From: Escherichia phage FL31
DNA length: 64,000 nt
Strand: one strand, 5' to 3'
Sequence record: PP400782
In this document: positions 36,564 to 45,369 of the stretch, piece by piece
Position numbering within the stretch: position 1 is the stretch's first letter
How the letters are laid out: every line of letters begins with the position of its first letter
Notes under the pieces: generated by a model
What the model saw: only the letters and a program-made list of their open reading frames with translations
The model's database searches: none
Told to the model about the DNA's origin: nothing
Made by a program: the position numbers and the translations under genes

Positions 36564-37520
36564 TTATTTGAAAGGTTTTACCATATGGAAATTTTGTTTG
36601 AAACGTTTGACGTAATCGTCATGTCCTAAGCTTTGGTACATACTTACTACTTTGCTGTAGTTTTCCCAGGCGTATTCACGGAACCAACCGGAGGTGATGC
36701 TTGTACAGACCTTTTCCAATGCCGTCATAAAACTGGCTTCAGGGTTAATTTTAAAGTCATTAGGAATCTGAGAACGTTCTAATGCTAATACACATGATTC
36801 TTCATATACACCGGCCAATTTGACCATTTCCGGTAATGATTCGAACTTCTCGCGTGAGGTCATGACTTCAGAACCATCTTTCATGTAAAATGTATACGCT
36901 GGACGGTCTGTTAGTGCAATGGCTTCATGAATAGTATCATGGTCATATGTATAGATGTCATCTTTAAAGAATGCGCTTTTAGAAGTGTCAAGAACCGGGT
37001 GAGCATAATTCAAGGTTTCTTTCTGGCGTTTCAGCATAATTTCAGTAAGTTCATCGTTCAGTGTAACACCTTTACCACGAAGATACTGAATATGGTTCAT
37101 AGTCTTTAAAAAGAATGGATTATTTTTCTTGAAACGATGAGACATCTTAATTGCAAGACACATCTCAGGAGTTGCCCAGTAAAACCCGTTAAAACGATCT
37201 TTAGTCAAATTTTTCTTGGCGTATTTTAAAAGGTCATAAGAAGACGTGAAATCTTCAGGAGTGAGTTCACCGACTAATTCACGGACATTAGTGATTGCCG
37301 GAACAATATATGCTTCAAAATGAGTTTCGCGTCCATTATGGAAGCATTTGAAAACTTGGACATCAGGGTTATCTTGGTGAACATATACACCCATCATTTG
37401 ATTTTTGAATGCATTCCAAGAACCTTGGTCCGCAATAAAGTCCCAATCACTATTTTTAATAGCGCTAGAATCAATAAGACCGTGATAGTGAAGTGCACGA
37501 GAACCAATAACTAACATCAT
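36564..37520 (-). CDS. Hypothetical protein
   Basis: 318 aa ORF. Confidence 0.55.
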   Translation of the reverse strand: MMLVIGSRALHYHGLIDSSAIKNSDWDFIADQGSWNAFKNQMMGVYVHQDNPDVQVFKCFHNGRETHFEAYIVPAITNVRELVGELTPEDFTSSYDLLKYAKKNLTKDRFNGFYWATPEMCLAIKMSHRFKKNNPFFLKTMNHIQYLRGKGVTLNDELTEIMLKRQKETLNYAHPVLDTSKSAFFKDDIYTYDHDTIHEAIALTDRPAYTFYMKDGSEVMTSREKFESLPEMVKLAGVYEESCVLALERSQIPNDFKINPEASFMTALEKVCTSITSGWFREYAWENYSKVVSMYQSLGHDDYVKRFKQNFHMVKPFK

Positions 37521-37548
37521 AATATTTTCCTCGGATTAATTCATTAAC

Positions 37549-37800
37549 TTAAATTTCACGACATGCGATATTATATTCATCCCAGAGGTCATCGTGTGAA
37601 GCCTCTACTAATGGAACGATTGTACCATTTATGTCTTCATTATAAGGGCAAATTGTACAATGTGCATCTTCGAATCGGATGCCTTTGTGTTCAGATTTTT
37701 TATAACGCATATCGAATATCTTTGCAAACTTTTCACGAGTAATGGTTTTACCAACCACTTCGGTTCCGATACTTTCGTAATAAATCATTGTGGACTCCAT
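37549..37800 (-). CDS. Hypothetical small protein
   Basis: 83 aa ORF. Confidence 0.5.
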   Translation of the reverse strand: MESTMIYYESIGTEVVGKTITREKFAKIFDMRYKKSEHKGIRFEDAHCTICPYNEDINGTIVPLVEASHDDLWDEYNIACREI

Positions 37801-37807
37801 TTAATTT

Positions 37808-37846
37808 GATAGGACTACTATAACATAGCCCTATCTTGTTGTAAAC
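37808..37846 (-). promoter_or_regulatory. PeSL-like early promoter cassette
   Basis: gataggactactataacatagccctatc + gtaaac. Confidence 0.55.
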
Positions 37847-37851
37847 TGTTT

Positions 37852-38049
37852 TTAGCAAGAATAACTAGATGATACCCAGCCTTGAACAGTAATACTATTG
37901 TGGGATAATGAGATCGCGTCCTGGAGATTCAGACCTGCGTTATCTTCAATCCATAATGTAACTTCTTCGCGTTCTTCTGTTGCAATTTGGAACAGGTTTT
38001 CTAGAGCAGCTACTGCGGTACGTACAGCACAATCTAATTCACGAGACAT
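37852..38049 (-). CDS. Small protein, WVSSSxxC family paralogue C
   Basis: 65 aa ending ...QGWVSSSYSC. Confidence 0.5.
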   Translation of the reverse strand: MSRELDCAVRTAVAALENLFQIATEEREEVTLWIEDNAGLNLQDAISLSHNSITVQGWVSSSYSC

Positions 38050-38058
38050 ATGGTTTCC

Positions 38059-38331
38059 TTAGCAAGTGTGAGAAGATGCAACCCAACCACCAGTTTCGAG
38101 GCTCAGGTTGTAGTCATATTGGTAAACGTCCGCCCATTCAGCATAGCCGTTTTTTGTACAACGTTCAAGATCGGCTTTAAGATGTCCGGGTGAATGATAG
38201 GTTCCACCCATACCATAAGCTGGGTACAAGTTGAATGTTGTGTTTTGTTTATCAGCAATTTCTTTGGCAGCCTCAATAGCTGCATAGATTTTTGCTACAG
38301 CTTCGGCCAGTTCGGTTTGTTCTTTAGACAT
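38059..38331 (-). CDS. Small protein, WVSSSxxC family paralogue B
   Basis: 90 aa ending ...GGWVASSHTC; MSKE N-terminus. Confidence 0.5.
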   Translation of the reverse strand: MSKEQTELAEAVAKIYAAIEAAKEIADKQNTTFNLYPAYGMGGTYHSPGHLKADLERCTKNGYAEWADVYQYDYNLSLETGGWVASSHTC

Positions 38332-38340
38332 AATGATTCC

Positions 38341-38646
38341 TTAGCACAACGCAGAAGACGAAACCCAAGCACCTTCAGTAATAACGTATCCATTACCTTC
38401 ACGCTTAACATCGCCGCCATTATTTTCAATTTCATCTTTCATCCACTGGGATACGATTTCACCCTTAGGATAATAAGTACGACCGCTACCATAATCACCT
38501 ACAGAAAATGATACGGCATATTGGTCTGCGATCTTTGTTGCTTCTTCTTCGATACGTTCAGCTTGATTCAGAAGTTTATAAATTGCATCTGAAGCGGATT
38601 TGGCATCATTAAACTCTGGTACTTTAATTTCAATAATCTTACTCAT
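38341..38646 (-). CDS. Small protein, WVSSSxxC family paralogue A
   Basis: 101 aa ending ...GAWVSSSALC; MSK N-terminus. Confidence 0.5.
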   Translation of the reverse strand: MSKIIEIKVPEFNDAKSASDAIYKLLNQAERIEEEATKIADQYAVSFSVGDYGSGRTYYPKGEIVSQWMKDEIENNGGDVKREGNGYVITEGAWVSSSALC

Positions 38647-38744
38647 TTTCTACATTCCTTAATAAAGTTTTCGATTGTTTCATTTTCACGTCTAGCTAGG
38701 AGTTCATTATAACTAATCATTTGAGAAGCGTAAACAGCATAATT

Positions 38745-39167
38745 TCAGTTGAGGCTTTTGCATCTTATTTCCTTAACGAATTCCATAGCTTCTTCATATT
38801 CATACTTTTTAACAGCTTCATCATACTGAGCTTGGGCTTTTGCGCACTGAACTTTCCATTCTCTTAATCTGGCTCTGTGATGACGTCCTTGGTACCAATA
38901 TCCCATCCAGTTAATAGGCATTAATAAAAACGGTATAATAAGTGGTGCGACGAACATTAATGAAAATGCTGCATCAGACGATATAACTTCACTAGAATCT
39001 AAAACAGCTCCTATAATCATAAAGATTAAAAATGCTAAAGCTAAAATAGGGCCAAATAATACTTCATTTGGGATTAATTTACGCTTGTATTCATACGCCC
39101 AGGGCTTAATTGGCATGTATAGGGTTGGCTTTGACATATTCTCTACATTCCATAATAAATTGCTCAA
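38745..39167 (-). CDS. Membrane protein
   Basis: 140 aa with TM helices; basic C-terminus. Confidence 0.5.
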   Translation of the reverse strand: MSNLLWNVENMSKPTLYMPIKPWAYEYKRKLIPNEVLFGPILALAFLIFMIIGAVLDSSEVISSDAAFSLMFVAPLIIPFLLMPINWMGYWYQGRHHRARLREWKVQCAKAQAQYDEAVKKYEYEEAMEFVKEIRCKSLN

Positions 39168-39729
39168 GGATTAAATTGTTAGTGAAATTAGGACTAACAA
39201 CCATAGTTTCATAAAGCGCATCAATAGCACTTAAAGCATCAGCTCTTTTAAGCAAAGGCTTGCCTTCATACATAGTTTCAGAATCGACGATTAACGTAAA
39301 GTAATATTTTTTATTATCGACTAGAACTTCTGTATCGATATAAAACATATTAGACCTTAAAAGCTTATCTCTAAAACCATAATAATCTTCAGAGCGTTCG
39401 CTGATATATTCCCATTCAGTGTTTAAACAACAAACAGACCATGTAGGAGCAACGAAATCAGTGAATCTAATATCATGGTCTGCAACTAGTTTAGCAATAG
39501 CTCCGATATCATGAATCATAATACCTGGGGCTAATAAAGATTTTCTGTTATGGCTAGCCGTTTTCTCGGTGGTCTCATAAGAAGCCGACCAGTACCATTT
39601 ACGACCGGTTGCGGCATATCGTAATGAATCAACTAAAGACGTAGGTGGATTTACCTTATTTCGGAACTCTTCGAACATTGAGTCAATATCATTATTTTGG
39701 TTTCGCATGTTAACTCCTTTATTATCCAA
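39106..39729 (-). CDS. Hypothetical protein
   Basis: 207 aa ORF. Confidence 0.5.
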   Translation of the reverse strand: MDNKGVNMRNQNNDIDSMFEEFRNKVNPPTSLVDSLRYAATGRKWYWSASYETTEKTASHNRKSLLAPGIMIHDIGAIAKLVADHDIRFTDFVAPTWSVCCLNTEWEYISERSEDYYGFRDKLLRSNMFYIDTEVLVDNKKYYFTLIVDSETMYEGKPLLKRADALSAIDALYETMVVSPNFTNNLILEQFIMECREYVKANPIHAN

Positions 39730-39757
39730 AAGGAGGACCGGAGTCCTCCGTATTATT

Positions 39758-40351
39758 TTATTTCAAAGAGTTAATATATTCTTGTACATCAGCAGAAGTG
39801 GTTTCGACACCGACCGGAGTGCCATTGAATGTTTCGACACGAGTCAGAGTGTCTTCGATATCAACCTTAGTCAGTGCAGCGATTTCAATTACATCATCGG
39901 CCGTAGAGATACCAAGGGCATTGGCTGCTCGAGTTTCACGAATGTATTCGAGTTTGATTGCCAGGTTCTGACGAGCATCGTCAAGTTCAACCACCTTACG
40001 AGCAATTTCAATTCGCATAGCGGCATACCCGTCAGCTTTTGTATTAAGTTGTTCGGCAGTTCGACGATACAGAAGACCAAGCTTAGCATGCATGGTAACA
40101 TCTTGTCCTTCGGCCAGGAGCTTACGAATTTCACGTTCCTTAGAAGCGGCTTGCTTGTTCTTTTCATTAACAAGTTCGCGAATACGTTTTTCTTCATTAA
40201 TAGATTTAACAGAAGCCGTTTTTAGTTCTTTGATTTGGGTAATCAACTTATCTGCAGCTGCGTTATACTGTTCTTCAACAGTCAGATTTTTAGCCATAGC
40301 AGTACCCAGTTTAGTGCGGATGAATTCAACAAGTTTCTTCAGTGTGTTCAT
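39758..40351 (-). CDS. Coiled-coil protein, possibly PspA/IM30-like
   Basis: ATG at 40351; long heptad-like K/E/A-rich helices. Confidence 0.35.
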   Translation of the reverse strand: MNTLKKLVEFIRTKLGTAMAKNLTVEEQYNAAADKLITQIKELKTASVKSINEEKRIRELVNEKNKQAASKEREIRKLLAEGQDVTMHAKLGLLYRRTAEQLNTKADGYAAMRIEIARKVVELDDARQNLAIKLEYIRETRAANALGISTADDVIEIAALTKVDIEDTLTRVETFNGTPVGVETTSADVQEYINSLK

Positions 40352-40374
40352 ATTATTACCTTTCAATTGGTGGT

Positions 40375-40422
40375 TTATTATCCAACGAGAGCATTATACT
40401 CTGCTCTCAAGAGTTTGTAAAT
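40375..40422 (-). repeat. PeSL-like early promoter cassette; 48-nt copy B (47/48 identical to 12217-12264)
   Basis: ttattatccaacgagagcattatactctgctctcaagagtttgtaaat. Confidence 0.6.
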
Positions 40423-40649
40423 TATTTTTTAATCAAATTGACATAAAACTTGGCGTCTTCGGGGTGCATGCCTTCGCAGTATTCTTCAACCATGAACTTC
40501 TTAATAGCTTCATAAGGACCACTCAGATTAAGCTCAGTTGTCCAGAACTTGGAATCTTGGGCTGAATCGATACGAACTTCAGGGTGACGGTTGCGAATAA
40601 CTTCTTCGGTGTATTCATAATCAACGACATCAATACTAACTGTAGCCAT
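40422..40649 (-). CDS. Hypothetical small protein
   Basis: 75 aa ORF. Confidence 0.45.
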   Translation of the reverse strand: MATVSIDVVDYEYTEEVIRNRHPEVRIDSAQDSKFWTTELNLSGPYEAIKKFMVEEYCEGMHPEDAKFYVNLIKK

Positions 40650-40668
40650 TTTGTTTTCCTCTTGATTT

Positions 40669-40709
40669 GATAGGAGACTACTATAACATAAACTTACTTA
40701 GATGTAAAT
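40669..40709 (-). promoter_or_regulatory. PeSL-like early promoter cassette
   Basis: gataggagactactataacata...gtaaat. Confidence 0.45.
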
Positions 40710-40885
40710 TATTTCAACGTCACCTTTAGCTGCTTTATAACCTTCAGCCCAAGATACAACAGAGTTTTTATCTGAGGATTCAAATTCAGGCATTGGACTT
40801 TCACCAATATTCACACAGTATGTTTCTTCATTTTCATCGAACCAAATAATTAAAGTAGTCATTTTGTTTACTCCTCTGTAGTTGA

Positions 40886-40921
40886 TAAGTCTATAGTATC
40901 ACCATCCTTGGTGCTTGTACA
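40886..40921 (-). promoter_or_regulatory. PeSL-like early promoter cassette
   Basis: Minus strand TGTACA-N17-TACTAT with CACCAAGG/ATGGTG imperfect inverted repeat; precedes an unlisted ~57-codon ORF starting at 40861. Confidence 0.45.
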
Positions 40922-40930
40922 TCATTATTT

Positions 40931-41236
40931 TTAATTTTTCCAACTTAACAACTTGTAGTGTCCTTCATTCATACGTGGTTTATCCCAAGAAATACTAATA
41001 TATGATTCGCTGTCAATAGAAGTCGCCGGGTTTTTCTCTACCGTAAGACCTTCACTTTCCAGCCATTCAATAGTATTTGCGCATAAATCAGAAGAACACC
41101 TAATCGGAAACCGGCAAGATTTTTCACCTTTAGCTGCAGTGTTATACATCTTTTCTAAAATACGCTTTTGCACGTTTTTAAAAATAGTTTCAGCAGATTC
41201 TTCAGATTTTTTATTCAGTTCAGTGTAAAGACTCAT
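40931..41236 (-). CDS. Hypothetical protein
   Basis: 101 aa ORF with GAGGAG RBS. Confidence 0.5.
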   Translation of the reverse strand: MSLYTELNKKSEESAETIFKNVQKRILEKMYNTAAKGEKSCRFPIRCSSDLCANTIEWLESEGLTVEKNPATSIDSESYISISWDKPRMNEGHYKLLSWKN

Positions 41237-41255
41237 AATATTCTCCTCATGTTTT

Positions 41256-41294
41256 GATAGGTCTATAGTAACACATCTAGGGAAGAAGTAAACA
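41256..41294 (-). promoter_or_regulatory. PeSL-like early promoter cassette
   Basis: gataggtctatagtaacacatctagggaagaagtaaaca. Confidence 0.55.
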
Positions 41295-41324
41295 ACTTTT
41301 TCAGTAAGTTATAGACCCCCTAAA

Positions 41325-41340
41325 GGGGACCGAAGTCCCC
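41325..41340 (-). other. UUCG-tetraloop hairpin downstream of the 41346-41972 gene
   Basis: ggggaccgaagtcccc, overlapping a second potential stem cccc-taaa-gggg. Confidence 0.45.
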
Positions 41341-41345
41341 ATTCT

Positions 41346-41972
41346 TTACTTACGAGTTTTTGCATACTGAGCAGCGTCAGCAGCCAAACGACCTGCCTGA
41401 CGAAGTTTTTCTTTAATCGCATCGTGAAGTGGTTGAGTGTACTTCAAACCTTCGATAGTCAAATAAAGACGATAAAGGTCCGGGGTATCAAGGTTGTTGA
41501 TATGTTGGCCATTACGAAGAATATTGAATTCACGAACGAGTGAAGATGTATCGGATTCAATATCACGAACAAGCGAAGATAGTTGTTTATATTTTTTTTC
41601 CAGACTAGAAGTATCAAACTTAAGAGCAGGAGCTTTAGGAGTTGCTTTTACTTCAGGCTTAGGCTCAGGTTTTGCTATTGCTTTAGGGGTCGCAGGTTTA
41701 GGAATGGAAGGAGTAGGTTTTACTTTAGGCGAACCCGATTTAGCAGAAACACCACCACTAACAATATCTTTGAATGCTTTAGAAGCTCTGTAATATTCTT
41801 TTTGGCTGGAAGTGTCGATACCGTACATGGCTTGAACGTTTTTGAAAAACTCTGTACTAGTTTTTGTACCAGAAATAGCATCGTAAGCAGCTTGCCATTT
41901 CTCTTTTGTCATACGTACACCGGCTTCGGTGATTACTTCCGTTTCGGCTAAAAATTCATTAAAAGTATACAT
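41346..41972 (-). CDS. Internal-protein-like protein with CTS and Pro/Lys-rich linker
   Basis: ATG at 41972 gives MYTFNEFLAETEV...; SPKVKPTPSIPKPATPKAIAKPEPKPEVKATPKAPA low-complexity segment. Confidence 0.55.
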   Translation of the reverse strand: MYTFNEFLAETEVITEAGVRMTKEKWQAAYDAISGTKTSTEFFKNVQAMYGIDTSSQKEYYRASKAFKDIVSGGVSAKSGSPKVKPTPSIPKPATPKAIAKPEPKPEVKATPKAPALKFDTSSLEKKYKQLSSLVRDIESDTSSLVREFNILRNGQHINNLDTPDLYRLYLTIEGLKYTQPLHDAIKEKLRQAGRLAADAAQYAKTRK

Positions 41973-42021
41973 CAATGGTCCTTAGAAAGTAGGTTTATTG
42001 TTTACTATATTTATACAAAAA

Positions 42022-42046
42022 AGCCCCAACCTTTCGGAAGGGGCTA
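42022..42046 (-). terminator. Terminator-like hairpin plus U-run at the distal end of the tRNA/stable-RNA cluster
   Basis: agccccaacctttcggaaggggct preceded on plus strand by aaaaa. Confidence 0.5.
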
Positions 42047-42084
42047 TATACCTTGTCGGGGTTCCACCTGCTAAGGCAAGTGTT

Positions 42085-42179
42085 TGTACGAAACGCCGGG
42101 ATTCGAACCCGGTTATTAAGTAGTTGACGCTACTCAATATTTTTAAAAGGCCATATCTCGACCATATCCGAACGTTCCG
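42085..42179 (-). ncRNA. tRNA-like small RNA candidate (acceptor-like stem and canonical T-arm but no canonical anticodon arm)
   Basis: Minus strand CGGAACG...CCGGG-TTCGAAT-CCCGG-CGTTTCG; about 92 nt; a second stable hairpin GGCATTAA...TTAATGCC lies at 42261-42292. Confidence 0.35.
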
Positions 42180-42347
42180 TCAAAAACGCTACTCGGCTTA
42201 CGGCAAAGATATTTCCTCGAATCGATAATTCGGTGCGCCGTTTCTGCTGTGATATAAGGGGGCATTAACAAAACATAAAGATTTATTAATGCCAGTCCTT
42301 ACTCAGGGAACATCAGTCCGACGACTTACCGGTAGCGACCCGGCTTC

Positions 42348-42692
42348 TTATTTTGGCATATCATCAATTTGCTCTCGACGCCGACGCCATAGATTAATCG
42401 CTTCATAAACACATTCTGCGTTTGGTATATGACGGCAATAATATAATGATTCGCGTTTCTGGAATCGATGTTGCAATGGGATTTCGTTTAAAAGGTCTTT
42501 ACGGTCAAAGTATTCAAAACTAGTTAACCCGGAACGGTTTTTAATGAACTTCCAATGACCAAATTCATTTTGAACATAGATGTAATCTGCATGTTGGTAT
42601 AACAAATTAATCAATCGGTCTGAAATAACTGTATCATGTTCGTTAAAATAAAACGTTAAATCATGAACTACTAAGTAAACATTACCTTTCAT
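42348..42692 (-). CDS. Hypothetical protein between tRNA-Arg and the stable-RNA region
   Basis: ATG at 42692 with GAGGAAA RBS; the longer track ORF would overlap tRNA-Arg. Confidence 0.5.
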   Translation of the reverse strand: MKGNVYLVVHDLTFYFNEHDTVISDRLINLLYQHADYIYVQNEFGHWKFIKNRSGLTSFEYFDRKDLLNEIPLQHRFQKRESLYYCRHIPNAECVYEAINLWRRRREQIDDMPK

Positions 42693-42710
42693 ATTTTCCT
42701 CACTTAAAAT

Positions 42711-42787
<77 letters not shown>

Positions 42788-42887
42788 ATGATGCGGCTTT
42801 GGGTGTTTCAGTGTTACTCGTTTGTAGGTTCTACTTTTAACCCTTATTCGAACAACTTACCTACCTAAGAGCGTACTCACCGCGAAT

Positions 42888-42962
42888 TGGTGGCCCTGGC
42901 TGGTTTCGATCCAGCTACCTATCAGTTATGAGCTGACAGCTCTCCCATTGAGCTACAGGGCC
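42888..42962 (-). tRNA. tRNA with CAT anticodon (Met, or Ile if lysidine-modified as in T4 tRNA-Ile)
   Basis: Acceptor GGCCCTG/CAGGGCC, D stem GCTC/GAGC, anticodon loop CTCATAA, T stem GCTGG/CCAGC, encoded CCA. Confidence 0.7.
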
Positions 42963-43024
42963 TAAATAACTTTCTATTATGAAAGGCACTTGAGGGAGCA
43001 CCTTTGGTAATAGAGGGTAGATTA

Positions 43025-43049
43025 ATAATAACACATAATTCTTAAAGCA
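43025..43049 (-). promoter_or_regulatory. Middle-promoter-like element (MotA box + -10) upstream of the tRNA cluster
   Basis: Minus strand TGCTTTA-N12-TATTAT. Confidence 0.45.
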
Positions 43050-43058
43050 AATTACGTT

Positions 43059-43349
43059 TTACCGTACCATATTAATGTAGTTATATTCAATGCAACGTAA
43101 TTTCAAAGGGTTCTTGAAAATATCATATTCAAGAGGGCCTTTTTCTGTTTCAATAAAGAAATCAAAGTTAACTGTGTTAAATTTAACGTCTTCACAGAGT
43201 AATTTAACTTGTGAAGATGAACGGTCGATATAAACCTTTTCAACCTCAAAGATAGTCAGAATACCGTAGTCATTAACCAGTGCTTTAGCTGCACGTTGGT
43301 CGCTTTCATATCCGTTCTCAATGGACGATACTTTAGCATAAAGAATCAT
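43059..43349 (-). CDS. Hypothetical protein
   Basis: 96 aa ORF. Confidence 0.5.
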   Translation of the reverse strand: MILYAKVSSIENGYESDQRAAKALVNDYGILTIFEVEKVYIDRSSSQVKLLCEDVKFNTVNFDFFIETEKGPLEYDIFKNPLKLRCIEYNYINMVR

Positions 43350-43708
43350 GAATGTTCCACCATTTCAAAGGTATGAGCATCAACAATATGATACCAGTCA
43401 AAATTTTCTTCCGCGTTTTTATAAATTTCGCGAAGAGCTTCAACAGTTTTTCCTGTAGCAACAAGATCGTCAATACCACCAAGAGGATAACAGTAATAAC
43501 CAGCAAACAGAAGGAAATTAATAGTTTCTGTAGGTTCTGGATGCAGAACTCCGTTATCGTCTACCACTTCAAAGAAAGTGTAAGAAGGAGTACAAGTTTT
43601 AATCCAAGCCCATGCTTGAGCTGCCGAATCAAATGGTTTGCGTATCAAACGACAATCAGGGTCTTTAGAAGGATTTGCTTCAAAATCTGCATATACATGA
43701 TATTTCAT
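43346..43708 (-). CDS. Hypothetical protein
   Basis: 120 aa ORF. Confidence 0.5.
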   Translation of the reverse strand: MKYHVYADFEANPSKDPDCRLIRKPFDSAAQAWAWIKTCTPSYTFFEVVDDNGVLHPEPTETINFLLFAGYYCYPLGGIDDLVATGKTVEALREIYKNAEENFDWYHIVDAHTFEMVEHS

Positions 43709-43915
43709 TTACTCACCTTTTGCAATTTTATCCATAACAATAGCGATTAAACCGATTAGAAATGCTACTACCAATGAGATAGAATTTTCTGTTGTTGTCA
43801 GTAGTCCACAAATGAATCCTACAAACATCGAAAAACTAAAAGCCATTGAAGCAATTACTACAGCAACATTACGAATCAGTTCAGCGCGTTTCATTTTATT
43901 TCTCCATTTACTCAT
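43709..43915 (-). CDS. Small membrane protein
   Basis: One TM helix; better RBS at internal Met (ATG 43894). Confidence 0.45.
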   Translation of the reverse strand: MSKWRNKMKRAELIRNVAVVIASMAFSFSMFVGFICGLLTTTENSISLVVAFLIGLIAIVMDKIAKGE

Positions 43916-43922
43916 TTGTTTT

Positions 43923-43961
43923 GATAGGACTACTATAACATATCCCTATAGGCTTGTATAC
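43923..43961 (-). promoter_or_regulatory. PeSL-like early promoter cassette
   Basis: gataggactactataacatatccctata...gtatac. Confidence 0.5.
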
Positions 43962-43963
43962 CT

Positions 43964-44228
43964 TTATTTCAAATATATTGCGTATTTTTTATAGCCACCA
44001 GGCTCGTGTCGAAGACCTTTATCATTCGCAAAACGTTGAATGTTATTGAACTGGTTTTCATCAAGTTCGGATGTGTTAAATATAAAAAAAGTTTCGTTTG
44101 TTACCAAGCGTGATATGCGGAGTTAAGTCAATGTTATACAAATTAAGAATATCAGCAATAACCTGATTAACCGCTTTGTTAATTTTCACGCCAGACGATT
44201 CTGAGATGAATTCGTTGAAAGTTTTCAT
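43964..44228 (-). pseudogene. Internal-protein-like gene interrupted by a frameshift at a 7-nt homopolymer (or a short 50-aa CTS protein)
   Basis: ATG at 44228 gives MKTFNEFISESSGVKINKAVNQV... and stops after 50 codons just past the A7 run at 44084-44090; removing one base restores an ~87-aa reading frame ending at 43964. Confidence 0.45.
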
Positions 44229-44251
44229 TTTAGGTTCCATTTGGTTGTTTT

Positions 44252-44290
44252 GATAGGACTACTATAACATAGTCCTATCATGTTGTAAAT
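44252..44290 (-). promoter_or_regulatory. PeSL-like early promoter cassette with perfect 10-bp inverted repeat
   Basis: gataggacta-ctataaca-tagtcctatc + gtaaat; minus strand ATTTACA-N17-TATAGT. Confidence 0.6.
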
Positions 44291-44601
44291 TATTTTATGC
44301 CTTTAGAAGAAATGGTATTTTGGCGTTTGGCCCCTGTTTGTGAAAAATCGTGGTTATCGATTTGGTCAACTCTCATAACACCAAATGCGGATTTAATTTT
44401 GGCTTTTGAACCTTTTTTGATACTAATTATCATATAAGTATCATTTTTCTTATATTCGAAATTTGTTACTTCAACGCCTTGATTAGAAATTGACTTAATA
44501 ATAGCATTAGCGTATTCATCATCTAATGGACCGGTAGTGTTAATAATAAAATTTTTATCTGGTTTAGTAGCTTCAGCGATAAACTCTTGATAAGTTTTCA
44601 T
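44290..44601 (-). CDS. Internal protein I-like (CTS-bearing), adjacent to 57B
   Basis: ATG at 44601 gives MKTYQEFIAEATKPDKNF..., 103 aa; position corresponds to T4 ipI. Confidence 0.6.
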   Translation of the reverse strand: MKTYQEFIAEATKPDKNFIINTTGPLDDEYANAIIKSISNQGVEVTNFEYKKNDTYMIISIKKGSKAKIKSAFGVMRVDQIDNHDFSQTGAKRQNTISSKGIK

Positions 44602-44627
44602 TTGTTTTTCCGTTTGGTTTGTGATTT

Positions 44628-44666
44628 GATAGGATGATAGTAACACACCATCATCCTTATGTAAAC
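44628..44666 (-). promoter_or_regulatory. PeSL-like early promoter cassette
   Basis: gataggatgatagtaacacaccatcatcc + gtaaac; GGATGAT/ATCATCC arms. Confidence 0.55.
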
Positions 44667-44679
44667 TGTTTTGTGAAAA

Positions 44680-45365
<686 letters not shown>

Positions 45366-45369
45366 TTTA

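Noticed and set aside
36564-37520. Second nucleotidyltransferase-like motif (GSRALHYHGL...SDWDF)
   Set aside because: Spacing between the GS and the acidic pair is too long for the canonical signature and no second acidic motif was evident; left as hypothetical.
42788-42887. Possible third tRNA in the 100-nt spacer between the two tRNAs
   Set aside because: Terminal GCGG/CCGC pairing exists but there is no T-loop consensus and no anticodon arm; more likely a decayed tRNA or spacer.
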